Part shown: in pieces, positions 7,725-16,996 of the stretch | Layout of the letters: each line of letters starts with the position of its first letter | How positions within the stretch are numbered: the stretch's first letter is position 1 | Origin: a virus | Lineage: Duplodnaviria; Caudoviricetes | DNA length: 64,000 bases | Strand: one strand, 5' to 3' | IMG/VR virus record: IMGVR_UViG_2595698619_000001 | Span: 38,106 to 102,105 of that record | Notes under the pieces: generated by a model | The model's database searches: none | What the model was told of the DNA's origin: nothing | The model's input: the letters and a program-made list of their open reading frames with translations, nothing else | Made by a program: the position numbers and the translations under genes

Positions 7725-10459
7725 GAGAGAACACCTCCGCTACCGTCGTCGCCATCGTCGTCGTCACTACCACCTGCGAACGGGTTGCTGTTGTTGCTGT
7801 CCTCCAGTTCGACACCCTCTGTCTGCGCACCTGCCGCCAGTTCGTCGAAGTCCCATCCGACCTCCTCGAGGATAGGACGTAGCGGACGGTCGAGCGTTTT
7901 CTCGATATGCTTCTCGGAGTCGAGGTCGAACCCGTCCGGAATGTCGTCCCACCACTCCAACGCGAGAACGTCGGTGTTGGGTTTCATCGCCGGCGTCTTC
8001 TTGATGTAGTAAATCCACGGTTGGTCACCGTGCGACCAGTCGTATCCGAGATGCTCGTTCGAGTAGATGGACGCTCGCACCGACAGCGTGGGCGACGAGT
8101 ACGAGTGAATCGGGTCGTTGATGGTGCCCGGTTTTGCGATTTTCCGCAGTTCTATGTCCTGACTGCGGATACGGTCACAGAGGTCCTTGATGTACGCGCT
8201 CACCTCGTCGAACCCCTCCGCGTTGAGAATCTTCTTGATGACTTCGGGTTGTGCCTCTTCGGTGAGTTCCGGGGAGTCACTGCGCTCTGACTCCATCCCG
8301 GTGATGTTTGGCACGGGGACGATGTTACCGTTCTCGTCCTTCATGTACTTCCCCTCCTTCCATACGCAACCGCCCGCGTACCGCTTCTTCTTGTTGTACT
8401 GGAAGAAACGACGGAAGAGTTTCTCAAACTCGAACGCCCACGCATGATTCTCGTCCTCGGGCAGGTTGTGAGGCAGTTCGCTCAAGTCGATGAACGGGTG
8501 GTCATCACCGAGACCTATGTCGTCTGCCGCACGCCCGATTTCTTCGTTGATACGACGCTCGACCTCCTTCCCGCGTTCGACGACCTTCTCCATCGTCTCA
8601 CGCTCGGACAGGTCCTCGAACTCTTCGGGGTCAGCGAGGGACACCATCACCGAGTCAGTGTCCCCGTAGAGCACCTCGTACCCGAGTTCTTCGCAAATCT
8701 CCACGCCCGTCCACAGGATGAACCTCGAGAGACCTGTGATAGTGTCACCCAGTTCGGGAGACGACAGGCGGTAGTATTTGTTGTTGCTCACACCGAAGAA
8801 GGAGTTCATAATGACCTTAACCGCACGCTGCTTGTGGTCCCACACCTGGTACATGGGCGTGTCAGGGTCGTACCGATTCCGGTTGTCCTTCATGTCCTCG
8901 CGCTCACTGAACAGGAGTTTGAGGTACTTCGGCATGATACCCTCGTCGTCGAGTTTCAGACCTTGCCCCTTCTTAGCGTCGAACTCCAGATGCTCACGCT
9001 TGATGGTCCCGCCGAAGTCGTCTTCCTTCGCCGGCATCCACGGAACGATAACGTCTGCCTCGTCGTTGTCGTCGGTCATCATCTCCTTCGAGATGTTCGC
9101 CGTGATAATCGAGGACGGGTAGAGTGACTTCAGGTCAATCACCCCGACCCACTCGGTGATACCGGACGACGGTGACAGGACGAGGCCTCCTTCCGCGTTG
9201 TCTACTTCCTCCGTGTCAGTCGAAGGCAGAATCTCATCGTCGCCTCGCCGGGACAGGACGAACCCGTCCACGAGACGCATGGCGGAGAACGTGTCGTAAA
9301 TCGGGACACCGGTGAGGTCCGACAGTTGGTAGAAGAACCCGTGGATGTCCGCCATGTCGTCGAGAGCGACGAGCAACTGCGTGTCTATGATGTTATACGC
9401 CGTGAGACGACTGCGGTCCTTCTCGTACCCGTCATGGATGTTGATGTCTTCGACCTTGCCGACGCCCAATTCTTCCTGGGACACGTAGTCGAGCGACTTC
9501 GACCGCCAGTCGCTGAACACCATCTGGTCGCAGTACGCCCTCATCATGTCGAACCCCGGCAACCCGTCAATCCGCGCGACGGTCGTCTCCAGGTCGTTCC
9601 GGTAGTTGTGCGTGATTCCGCCGATGTCCGACATACGCCAGCGGTCGACTCCGTCCACCTTCTCCATGCGATTGAGGAGATATCGGTGGTCGAAGTCCTC
9701 CCAATTCCATCCCGACAGGAGGTCTGGGCGCACGTCCTCGATGTACGAGAGGAAGGCGTTGAGGAGCGCAGATTCGCTGTCAGCAATCGTCAAGTCGATG
9801 TCTGCGTTGACGTAGTCGGGTGCTAACTCGTGCCCGTTCCAGTGGTCACCGAGATGGTGTTTCACGTCCTTCCCGTCTACCGAGCGGTCAGGGTCGAGAA
9901 CGAAAACGTCGTACTGCTCCTCCCGCGTGTCGTAGGCGGAAATCATTATGACCTCGCCCGTCGCTTCCTCGGTAAACTCGTCGAAACCCACGTCGTAGTC
10001 GGGTAGCGCCTCGATGTCCGCCATGACGACTCGAGGAGTAATCGACTCCACGTCCGACTCCTCGATGTCTGTCTCCACCTCAGATATGTCGCAGTGTTTC
10101 CTATCCGGCACGCGGATGTAACCCGACAACCCGTAGTCGACCGACACGCGACGACTGAACGGGATGTCTGCTTCGTAGGTCACCGAGAAGTCGTCTCGAA
10201 TCTGCCCGACGTTCTTCGGGAGTTTCGTCACTACCTTCTTCAACGGTCGACCGTCGTACCCTTCGTACCCATGCTCCTCACGCACCACGCAGTCCTGGTC
10301 GGCGCTCTCGTGAGGCGGGACGAAACAGTACGGTTCTGTACCACCGATTATCGTTAGGTTCCGCTCGCCGTCTTCGTCGCGTCCGACGACTCTGACGACG
10401 ACTTCACCATCGTTGTCCTTGTAGTCGAGGTCCGTAACACGGACGAGTTTATCGCTCAT
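7718..10459 (-). CDS. polB: family B DNA polymerase
   Basis: Exo DIE, GWN..FD; pol DLKSLYPS, K..MNS.FG, YGDTDS, KKRYA; no intein evident. Confidence 0.97.
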   Translation of the reverse strand: MSDKLVRVTDLDYKDNDGEVVVRVVGRDEDGERNLTIIGGTEPYCFVPPHESADQDCVVREEHGYEGYDGRPLKKVVTKLPKNVGQIRDDFSVTYEADIPFSRRVSVDYGLSGYIRVPDRKHCDISEVETDIEESDVESITPRVVMADIEALPDYDVGFDEFTEEATGEVIMISAYDTREEQYDVFVLDPDRSVDGKDVKHHLGDHWNGHELAPDYVNADIDLTIADSESALLNAFLSYIEDVRPDLLSGWNWEDFDHRYLLNRMEKVDGVDRWRMSDIGGITHNYRNDLETTVARIDGLPGFDMMRAYCDQMVFSDWRSKSLDYVSQEELGVGKVEDINIHDGYEKDRSRLTAYNIIDTQLLVALDDMADIHGFFYQLSDLTGVPIYDTFSAMRLVDGFVLSRRGDDEILPSTDTEEVDNAEGGLVLSPSSGITEWVGVIDLKSLYPSSIITANISKEMMTDDNDEADVIVPWMPAKEDDFGGTIKREHLEFDAKKGQGLKLDDEGIMPKYLKLLFSEREDMKDNRNRYDPDTPMYQVWDHKQRAVKVIMNSFFGVSNNKYYRLSSPELGDTITGLSRFILWTGVEICEELGYEVLYGDTDSVMVSLADPEEFEDLSERETMEKVVERGKEVERRINEEIGRAADDIGLGDDHPFIDLSELPHNLPEDENHAWAFEFEKLFRRFFQYNKKKRYAGGCVWKEGKYMKDENGNIVPVPNITGMESERSDSPELTEEAQPEVIKKILNAEGFDEVSAYIKDLCDRIRSQDIELRKIAKPGTINDPIHSYSSPTLSVRASIYSNEHLGYDWSHGDQPWIYYIKKTPAMKPNTDVLALEWWDDIPDGFDLDSEKHIEKTLDRPLRPILEEVGWDFDELAAGAQTEGVELEDSNNSNPFAGGSDDDDGDDGSGGVLSW

Positions 10460-10480
10460 CTAATCACCTGTTGTCGGTCG

Positions 10481-11092
10481 TCAGTAATCAAGCACGTCAT
10501 CCACGTCAACCTCGTCTATGGCTTCGGGGTCAGGACACTCAATCCTACCCGTTTCGACTAACCGGTGATGGGTGGCACACAGGGTGATGAGATTGTCTCT
10601 GGTGTGTGCATTATCCGGGTCGTCGAACTTCTTTACCTTGACGAGATGATGAACGTGCAGCGGGTCACTGACCATCTGCCCGCGTCCGCACACCCTGCAC
10701 TCGTAGTTGTCTCGTTCGAGTACCATCTCACGTTTCTCGTCCCAGGTAGAACCGTATCGAGGACGCTCGTACCCGTCACGGTAGTTCGGGTTGCCTTCGC
10801 CCTTGATTGTCTCCGACTGAGCGTCGCGCATACAGTCGCCTCCGCAGGTTTCCTGGGTACGATACTCCCAACACTCGAACTCTTCACCGCAGATACGACA
10901 CTCTCGTGTCTCTTTAGCGAGCGACTCATCATGCACCATAGTGTGGTGACGCCTCATCCCCGATTCCGATTCAAAACCGTCGCCGCAGGTCGGACAGTGC
11001 CACGGTAACCAATCGGAGTGTAGATTCTTCTTGTGACGGATGAGGGTTGAATCGCTTGCCAGTTCATCACCGCAGTATTCGCACTTCGGCAT
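10481..11092 (-). CDS. HNH endonuclease with C2H2 zinc fingers
   Basis: Two C2H2 fingers; RD...C..CG..LHVHH...NLITLC..HH. Confidence 0.85.
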   Translation of the reverse strand: MPKCEYCGDELASDSTLIRHKKNLHSDWLPWHCPTCGDGFESESGMRRHHTMVHDESLAKETRECRICGEEFECWEYRTQETCGGDCMRDAQSETIKGEGNPNYRDGYERPRYGSTWDEKREMVLERDNYECRVCGRGQMVSDPLHVHHLVKVKKFDDPDNAHTRDNLITLCATHHRLVETGRIECPDPEAIDEVDVDDVLDY

Positions 11093-11889
11093 TAGTATTT
11101 CCAGTACGAGAGATTCGCCATGCTCGTCTCCTGTGCCGGGCAGACAAACTCATAATCGCAAAATCCACAGTGCCCGCCCGGTTTCGCCGGGAACTCTCCT
11201 GCGCCCATCGCTTGCAGGAGCGAACGAGCGTACTGCTTCATCTGACTCCACTGCTCCTCGTCGGGAATCCGGTTCGCTATCTCGCCGTCACCGAGGTAGA
11301 CGAACGTGACGTACTCCGGGTACTCTCCGTACTTGTTGAGGTAGGCGCCAGCGTACACCATCCCCTGAATCAGTTCGTCGCGCTTCCGGTAGTCGCGCAC
11401 GTTCCCATCGCTGTCCTTTCGCTTGCCCGTCTTCCAGTCGAGGACACCTTCCTCGGTGACGATGTCCATCTTCGCGTTGAATCCTTTGTTGACCTCGCCA
11501 CCGACATGATACTGATGCTCGACCTCGAACCCGCGAAACGTCATGTCCGCACCGAACTTCTCGATGTACTTCGCGGCGTTGTCGCAGCAATCCAACCCGT
11601 TCTCGTACATCCACTCGGGGACGTCCGGGTTCTTCTCGCGGTACCTCTCCTTGAACCGGTGCGACAAGATACCGCTGTCTCGTATGCTCTCGTCGTCTAA
11701 GAGCACCTCCTCAATCGCCTCGTGAACTGCGGTGCCCATCTCTCGATACCCCTTCTCCGGTTTCGTTCTGTCCTCGTCGCGTGCGTAGTCGAACCACCAA
11801 CTGAGTGGACACTGCGCGAACTTCTTGACGCGCGACGCTGACAGGTAGTCGTCGAATAGTTCGTCTGGTACGTAGCGTTCCTTAGTCAC
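11092..11889 (-). CDS. PD-(D/E)XK nuclease, Cas4/AddB-like with Fe-S staple
   Basis: LSAS...QCP, GTAVH..IE, E..D..DWKTG, Q..VY, C..C.Y...C. Confidence 0.85.
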   Translation of the reverse strand: MTKERYVPDELFDDYLSASRVKKFAQCPLSWWFDYARDEDRTKPEKGYREMGTAVHEAIEEVLLDDESIRDSGILSHRFKERYREKNPDVPEWMYENGLDCCDNAAKYIEKFGADMTFRGFEVEHQYHVGGEVNKGFNAKMDIVTEEGVLDWKTGKRKDSDGNVRDYRKRDELIQGMVYAGAYLNKYGEYPEYVTFVYLGDGEIANRIPDEEQWSQMKQYARSLLQAMGAGEFPAKPGGHCGFCDYEFVCPAQETSMANLSYWKY

Positions 11890-12199
11890 GGTTACTCCAC
11901 CTCATTTCTGCTTTTTCTTTTGCTGCTGCGTCCTTCATCGAGCGACCTCCTGCCGCGTCCATGTTTGTACCGTACTTCTCCATGAGGTTGACGTTCTCGG
12001 ACAATCCGAGCGACGTGTCAACCTTCGAGGTCCAGTCAGTGACCTCGTAGTACACCGCCGCGCCCTTGACGACCTGCCACTGAATCAGCGTCAGGTTATC
12101 GTCGTTCTGATTCCCCATGGGCAGACGACGTATCTCGTCGTCCGTGAGGCGCGCTTGGCCGATGGGGACTGACTGTCCACAGCACGGGCACGTTGGCAT
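11882..12199 (-). CDS. hypothetical protein
   Basis: N-terminal CPCCG; operon packing. Confidence 0.6.
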   Translation of the reverse strand: MPTCPCCGQSVPIGQARLTDDEIRRLPMGNQNDDNLTLIQWQVVKGAAVYYEVTDWTSKVDTSLGLSENVNLMEKYGTNMDAAGGRSMKDAAAKEKAEMRWSNRD

Positions 12200-12200
12200 T

Positions 12201-12389
12201 TTACTGGATGTCGTCGTCGAAGGTGTCCATCTCGTCGTACATCTCGTCTATCTCATCGAGTTTCGCCAGCGCCTGCTCCTTCGACTTCTCGTGTACCTGC
12301 ACCAGGTGCTTCAGTGCGTCCTTGCGCGAGTCGAAGTCAGTGTCGTGGTCGAAGCAGTAGTATCGACTGAAGTCACCCGAGGGTTTCAT
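12201..12389 (-). CDS. small zinc-finger-like protein
   Basis: Start MKPSG; C..H...F......H....H pattern. Confidence 0.55.
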   Translation of the reverse strand: MKPSGDFSRYYCFDHDTDFDSRKDALKHLVQVHEKSKEQALAKLDEIDEMYDEMDTFDDDIQ

Positions 12390-13369
12390 CGCTCGTACCC
12401 CTCCAGCGAGACGTACCGTGCGACGTGCAGGTCCGCGAGGAGCGAGTGGAACTGAACGTGCGGGTTCGCACCACGCATGGCACGCCAGTTCGTCTCCGCG
12501 AGTTTGTCGAGACACTTCGCTTTCACGTCACCGGGTAGGTCCTGCCGCTTGATGACTCGGAGGAACGAGTCGCAGAGTTGGTTCGTCGGGACGCCCTCCT
12601 TGAGAACCTCCACGTCGAGTTGCCGCATGGCATCGTCCAGGTCACCCTCGACTGCGGTGTTGACGATTTGCTCAACGAGCGCGTCGTCGACCGTCGAGAC
12701 GACCACGTTGACGCCGTTCTCGTCAATCTCACCCTCGTATGCCGCCGCCTGCATGCTGTTGATGAGTTTGCGAGCGTCGCCGCCTGCCGCGTTGACCATC
12801 AGTTTCAGCGTGTCGTCAGCGATGGTCAGACCTTCCTGCTCCGCGACGTTCTGCCCGATTTGGTACAGGTCGTCGTCCGTGAGCGGCGAGATGCTGAACG
12901 GGGCGCACCGCGACTGGATAGGCCCGATAATCTGCGACAGGTAGTTGCACGAGAGGAAGAACCTCGTCACGTCCGCGTGGTCCTCCATGATACGCCGGAG
13001 TGCAGTTTGCGCGTCTTTCGTGAGCTGGTCAGCCTCATCGAGGAATACGATTTTGTACTGATGGTCGCCAATCGTACCCTGGACGGCGTAGTTCTTCACC
13101 TTGTCGCGGATGGTGTCAATCCCACGCTCGTCGGAGGCGTTCAGTTCGAGGATGTTATTCCGCCAGTTGTCCTCGCCGTACTTCTCCTTGGCGAACGCCT
13201 GGATGATTGCTGTCTTCCCGATTCCTTGCTTGCCGGCGAAGACGACGTGAGGCACGTCCTCGGTGCCGAGGAACTTCCTCATCCGCTTCACCACTTCCTC
13301 GTGCCCAACTATGTCGTCGAGCGTTTGAGGGCGATACTTTTCGACCCAGATTTTGTCGCTGACACTCAT
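12386..13369 (-). CDS. rfcS: replication factor C small subunit
   Basis: WVEKYRP, G..GIGKT, ELNASDERGID, LDEAD, SRC arginine finger. Confidence 0.95.
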   Translation of the reverse strand: MSVSDKIWVEKYRPQTLDDIVGHEEVVKRMRKFLGTEDVPHVVFAGKQGIGKTAIIQAFAKEKYGEDNWRNNILELNASDERGIDTIRDKVKNYAVQGTIGDHQYKIVFLDEADQLTKDAQTALRRIMEDHADVTRFFLSCNYLSQIIGPIQSRCAPFSISPLTDDDLYQIGQNVAEQEGLTIADDTLKLMVNAAGGDARKLINSMQAAAYEGEIDENGVNVVVSTVDDALVEQIVNTAVEGDLDDAMRQLDVEVLKEGVPTNQLCDSFLRVIKRQDLPGDVKAKCLDKLAETNWRAMRGANPHVQFHSLLADLHVARYVSLEGYER

Positions 13370-13435
13370 GCTTCGTATGTTGTTATTCGCAAAGGGTTAT
13401 CAGTCGTTTCGTCGAGAGAACGGGTCGCTGCTGGC

Positions 13436-14026
13436 TTACCCGTTCACTACGTCCTGAACGATGTCCAGGACCTCCTCACGGACCTCCTTCTTCGACTGCT
13501 CGCCGTCCACGACAGCGTACTCCTTCTCGTCGGCGAGGTCCATCATGTACGAGTAGTTCTCCTTGACCTGTTCGAGCATCTCGCGCTTCTCGTACTTCTC
13601 CTCACCGTCGGAGCGTTCGAGCGCCGTGTCCACGGAGATGTCCAGGTAGATGGTGAGGTCAGGTCGGATATTCCACGGAGACATGACACCCGCCATCCAG
13701 TCGACCGGGTCGTCCAGTTCGTCCTGCAACTGCACGGGTTGATACGCGAACGTGGAGTCGGTGAACCGGTCGGAGACGACGACCTTCCCCGTCTCGAGGT
13801 GCGGTTTGATGAACTCTTCTATGTGGTAGTGCCTGTCCGCCATGAACAGGAAGAAGTCGGTGAACGCCGGCGTATCGCTGCGTAGCGCCTTGCGCACCTG
13901 CTTCCCCGTCCAGAACTCGGACGGCTCGCACGTCGTCACGGCACCGAACTTCCGCTTGATGGCCTTGACGACGAGCGTCTTCCCCGCGCCGTCGAGACCT
14001 TCGACAGTGATGAACGTTCCTGACAT
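13436..14026 (-). CDS. tmk: thymidylate kinase
   Basis: FITVEGLDGAGKT, LFMADR, SDRF.DST.AYQ. Confidence 0.92.
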   Translation of the reverse strand: MSGTFITVEGLDGAGKTLVVKAIKRKFGAVTTCEPSEFWTGKQVRKALRSDTPAFTDFFLFMADRHYHIEEFIKPHLETGKVVVSDRFTDSTFAYQPVQLQDELDDPVDWMAGVMSPWNIRPDLTIYLDISVDTALERSDGEEKYEKREMLEQVKENYSYMMDLADEKEYAVVDGEQSKKEVREEVLDIVQDVVNG

Positions 14027-14028
14027 GG

Positions 14029-14481
14029 TTAGAACCCCAGCACGTCGTCGCCAGTAACCTCAGACGCCGGGTCGCCCAGGCGATTGAGGAGGCGTCGTCC
14101 TTCCTCGGTGATGTAGTAGTACGACCGCCGTCCGTCCTTGCGTTCGTTCGCGTACCCCGCCTTGAGGAGCGCGGAGGTCGCAGGGGATGGCTCGAAGTCA
14201 CCGCCCGCCGACAGTTCGAGCAGGTCGTAGTTGCTCAGCATCCGCCGCGGAGAATCCGCGTCGTTGTTGTCGAGCAGGTACAGGCACCGATGAGTCGGGT
14301 CGTCGTCCTGTACGGGCAGGTCCGGGTTGTACGAGGTCTCCTCGGACCCAGACAGGTCGCGTGGTTCGGGGTCGCCGTCCCTTTCGAGGACCCGAATATC
14401 ACCGTCGAACTCCGGGTTGTCGTACAGGAACGATACTGCTTCGTCGGTCGTGTCGAACGTCTTGATTTGTTCTTGCGTCAT
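14029..14481 (-). CDS. winged-helix DNA-binding protein (putative)
   Basis: C-terminal L..AGY..ERKDGRRSYYYITEEGR wing motif. Confidence 0.6.
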   Translation of the reverse strand: MTQEQIKTFDTTDEAVSFLYDNPEFDGDIRVLERDGDPEPRDLSGSEETSYNPDLPVQDDDPTHRCLYLLDNNDADSPRRMLSNYDLLELSAGGDFEPSPATSALLKAGYANERKDGRRSYYYITEEGRRLLNRLGDPASEVTGDDVLGF

Positions 14482-14482
14482 G

Positions 14483-15634
14483 TTAGTCCTCTATCCACTC
14501 CGCTTTCCCGCCGCCCCAACCGAAGGTCGGGCAGGATTCAGGTTCCTCCTTTCGCGTGCAGAGACCCAGCGACTGAATCGACTGGCACGACATATCGGAG
14601 TACCCGCGGTTGTGGATTTGATTCAGGAACTTCCGTGTCTTGCTCCGGTCGGCGTCAACCCACCCGAGCGACATGAACATCTCCTCTATCTCTTCCTTGG
14701 CGAACCCTGCGTTGAACAGGAGAACCGCGCAGTTGAACCGCACCATGTGGTGCGGATTCGGTTGTACGATACGCTCGTACATACAGGGCATCTGGAGTAG
14801 TTCCTTCAGCATGTTCAGGATGCCCTGACGTTCGTAGTTCTGTACGTCTATCTCGACCTCGACCTCTCCACGCACTGTCGCCCGTTCCTCCAGGTAGTCG
14901 TCGTACACCTGCATTTCCGGACGTTCCCCATCGGGCAGAGGAATCTTACGAGGCGATTCCGACCAGTCGAGAAGGTCCTTCACCGTCAGGTCCTTCACGT
15001 CGTCCCGCGTGAGAGGCACCGTGTAGAGGTTACACGCCATCGTATGCGTGTCCTCGGTGATGCTCTCACCGCGGTCGGAGTCAACGTACACGCGCCTCAC
15101 GTTCGGTATCCTGAGGATACGCTGCACGTCACCGATGAGTTGAATATCGAGCGTGTCGAGGTCCAGTTCATCGAGGTATCGTCTGACCGTCGTAGCGAGG
15201 TGCTGACGCGCCTGCAACTGCTCCTGGTACAGAAGGTGGAGGTGTAACCCGAACCCAGAGAAAACGCCCACGAGCGGTATCTGTTCGGCCTCTGCGCGCT
15301 CGGCGACCCTACGCGCGTCCTCGACGACCTCACCCAGGACCTCCTCAGCGAGGTCCAGGTCCTCACGCATGAGCATGACCTTCTCATCGTCGCGGTCAGT
15401 ACGTGGGAACGCTGCTTCCTTCATGGGTGAGTCGAGGTCAATCGAGATTTTGTCCGAGACGACACCGCCGCCTTCTGTCAGGTCGAAGTGCGAGATGGTG
15501 GCGTACAGGTTACGTTCGCCTTCGCACTCCTCGATGACTGCGTCCAGTTCACTCTCGCTATGGACGGGCCACTGCACCGGGTTACCGACCCGACGCGGGA
15601 ACTTGCCGTACAGCAGTTTCTGAACTGGGTCCAT
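14483..15634 (-). CDS. archaeo-eukaryotic primase: PriS domain fused to a PriL/PriX-like C-terminal domain
   Basis: IDLD, FSG.GLHL, RILRIPN; C-terminal PCM..H..RF...GY...SC. Confidence 0.8.
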   Translation of the reverse strand: MDPVQKLLYGKFPRRVGNPVQWPVHSESELDAVIEECEGERNLYATISHFDLTEGGGVVSDKISIDLDSPMKEAAFPRTDRDDEKVMLMREDLDLAEEVLGEVVEDARRVAERAEAEQIPLVGVFSGFGLHLHLLYQEQLQARQHLATTVRRYLDELDLDTLDIQLIGDVQRILRIPNVRRVYVDSDRGESITEDTHTMACNLYTVPLTRDDVKDLTVKDLLDWSESPRKIPLPDGERPEMQVYDDYLEERATVRGEVEVEIDVQNYERQGILNMLKELLQMPCMYERIVQPNPHHMVRFNCAVLLFNAGFAKEEIEEMFMSLGWVDADRSKTRKFLNQIHNRGYSDMSCQSIQSLGLCTRKEEPESCPTFGWGGGKAEWIED

Positions 15635-15648
15635 AGCGAGTCAGGTGC

Positions 15649-16506
15649 TCAGTTCTTGTTGACCGGACCGATAACGTTCCGGAGCACCTGACCTTCGTAC
15701 TCGTCCTGCACCACGCAGATGGGGTTGCCGTCGTCCGTCTCGATACGGACATCCCCCGACACCGTGCCGAAGAGTTCCTCGAACCCCTGGTTGTACTCGT
15801 TCGACAGGTCGGGACCTTCGACGCTATCCGCGTTGAGCGCACCCCACGCGGCATTCCGTCGCTCGTCCTTCCCGACACTCAGGTACAGGTCACCGTCCTG
15901 GATGGTAATCGGGTAGAACTTCGTATCGTCGTCGTCGTTGACGATGTCTACGATACGCTGAACCTCGCGCACGCCCGTCTCGATGGTCGCCTCCATCGGT
16001 TCGCCGTCACCGGTGAGGAAGGAGTGCGTCTCGTCGTCGAACCGACCCACAGCGTCGAGCGGGACCTCATCGAGGTTCGACTCGCTCGCGGGCAGCATGA
16101 CGCGCGTCTGAATCGCTCCGTGGAACTGGAGCGCGTGACAGAGGCGGTCGTCCTCCTCACCGAGGAGCGTCAGTTCGACCGTACTGCTCGGGTCGTCCTG
16201 CGCGTAGTTGAGATACGTGAGGAAGTCCTCGACGTTGATAATCGCCTCCGCTGTCCCGTTGTTGTCCTCCACGAGGAGGTCTTGGTCGACCTCGACCGAG
16301 TCGAGGAATCCCGCACCGAAGGTGGAGTACGAGATGACGCTGTTGTTCTGCTTGGAGGCGAGGAACCGCGCCTCACCGCCGCCCACGTTGACGTACACCT
16401 CCGAGTGCACAGCGTCGCCGGAAGACGCCTTGAGCGACGCCTTCTTAATCATCTGTTCGAGTCGGTTCGCCTTCGCCGTGATAGTTGCCTTGGTGACTTC
16501 AGTCAT
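15649..16506 (-). CDS. divergent PCNA-like sliding clamp
   Basis: About 285 aa; N-terminal pattern SEVYVNVGGGEARFLAS..NNSVISYSTF..GFLDS parallels PCNA; both RFC subunits encoded nearby. Confidence 0.6.
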   Translation of the reverse strand: MTEVTKATITAKANRLEQMIKKASLKASSGDAVHSEVYVNVGGGEARFLASKQNNSVISYSTFGAGFLDSVEVDQDLLVEDNNGTAEAIINVEDFLTYLNYAQDDPSSTVELTLLGEEDDRLCHALQFHGAIQTRVMLPASESNLDEVPLDAVGRFDDETHSFLTGDGEPMEATIETGVREVQRIVDIVNDDDDTKFYPITIQDGDLYLSVGKDERRNAAWGALNADSVEGPDLSNEYNQGFEELFGTVSGDVRIETDDGNPICVVQDEYEGQVLRNVIGPVNKN

Positions 16507-16996
16507 CGTTGTTCTCGTCGTTGTCGTCCGCACTAAGTTCGTTGTCGAGCTGTGCCCTTATCATCTCGGAGCCAGTGTCCCCGAGGTATCTGTCCAGAAC
16601 GTCGAGCGCGGTGACGTTCTCTCCAGCGAGCGAGTTAACGTCCTCATGCACGTCCTCCTCGACGTACACGGAGACGTACTCATCCTCGGGAATCTCCATG
16701 CGGTGCGCTTCCACGTCGTCGGGCAGGAGGACACGTAGCGCGTCGCTGAGCGTGTACTCCGTGCCGTCCACTGCCTCCTTCAGCGTCGTCCGCCAGTCGC
16801 GTGGGACGCGGATGCCCTTAAGGTTCCGCTCCTCGGTGATTTCCATCTTCATCACCAGCCCGCGTCCGATGCCCTCGATGGACAGCAGGTCCTCGTCGTC
16901 CTCCTCGAGAACCTCCTCGGCGGATTCGTACCCTGCGTCTCGCAGGATGCCCGCCGTCTTCGGACCCACGCCCGCGAGACGTTCGAGCTCAGTCAT
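16499..16996 (-). CDS. helix-hairpin-helix DNA-binding protein (RadA N-terminal-like)
   Basis: LAGVGPKTAGILRDAGY and LSIEGIG HhH pair. Confidence 0.7.
   Translation of the reverse strand: MTELERLAGVGPKTAGILRDAGYESAEEVLEEDDEDLLSIEGIGRGLVMKMEITEERNLKGIRVPRDWRTTLKEAVDGTEYTLSDALRVLLPDDVEAHRMEIPEDEYVSVYVEEDVHEDVNSLAGENVTALDVLDRYLGDTGSEMIRAQLDNELSADDNDENNDD

Noticed and set aside
7718-10459. Inteins or introns in PolB, RFC, RadA or TerL
   Set aside because: Normal lengths, continuous motifs, no intein splice signatures seen
11092-11889. Cas4 as evidence of a CRISPR-Cas system
   Set aside because: No other cas genes or array; solo Cas4-like nucleases are common in viral replication modules
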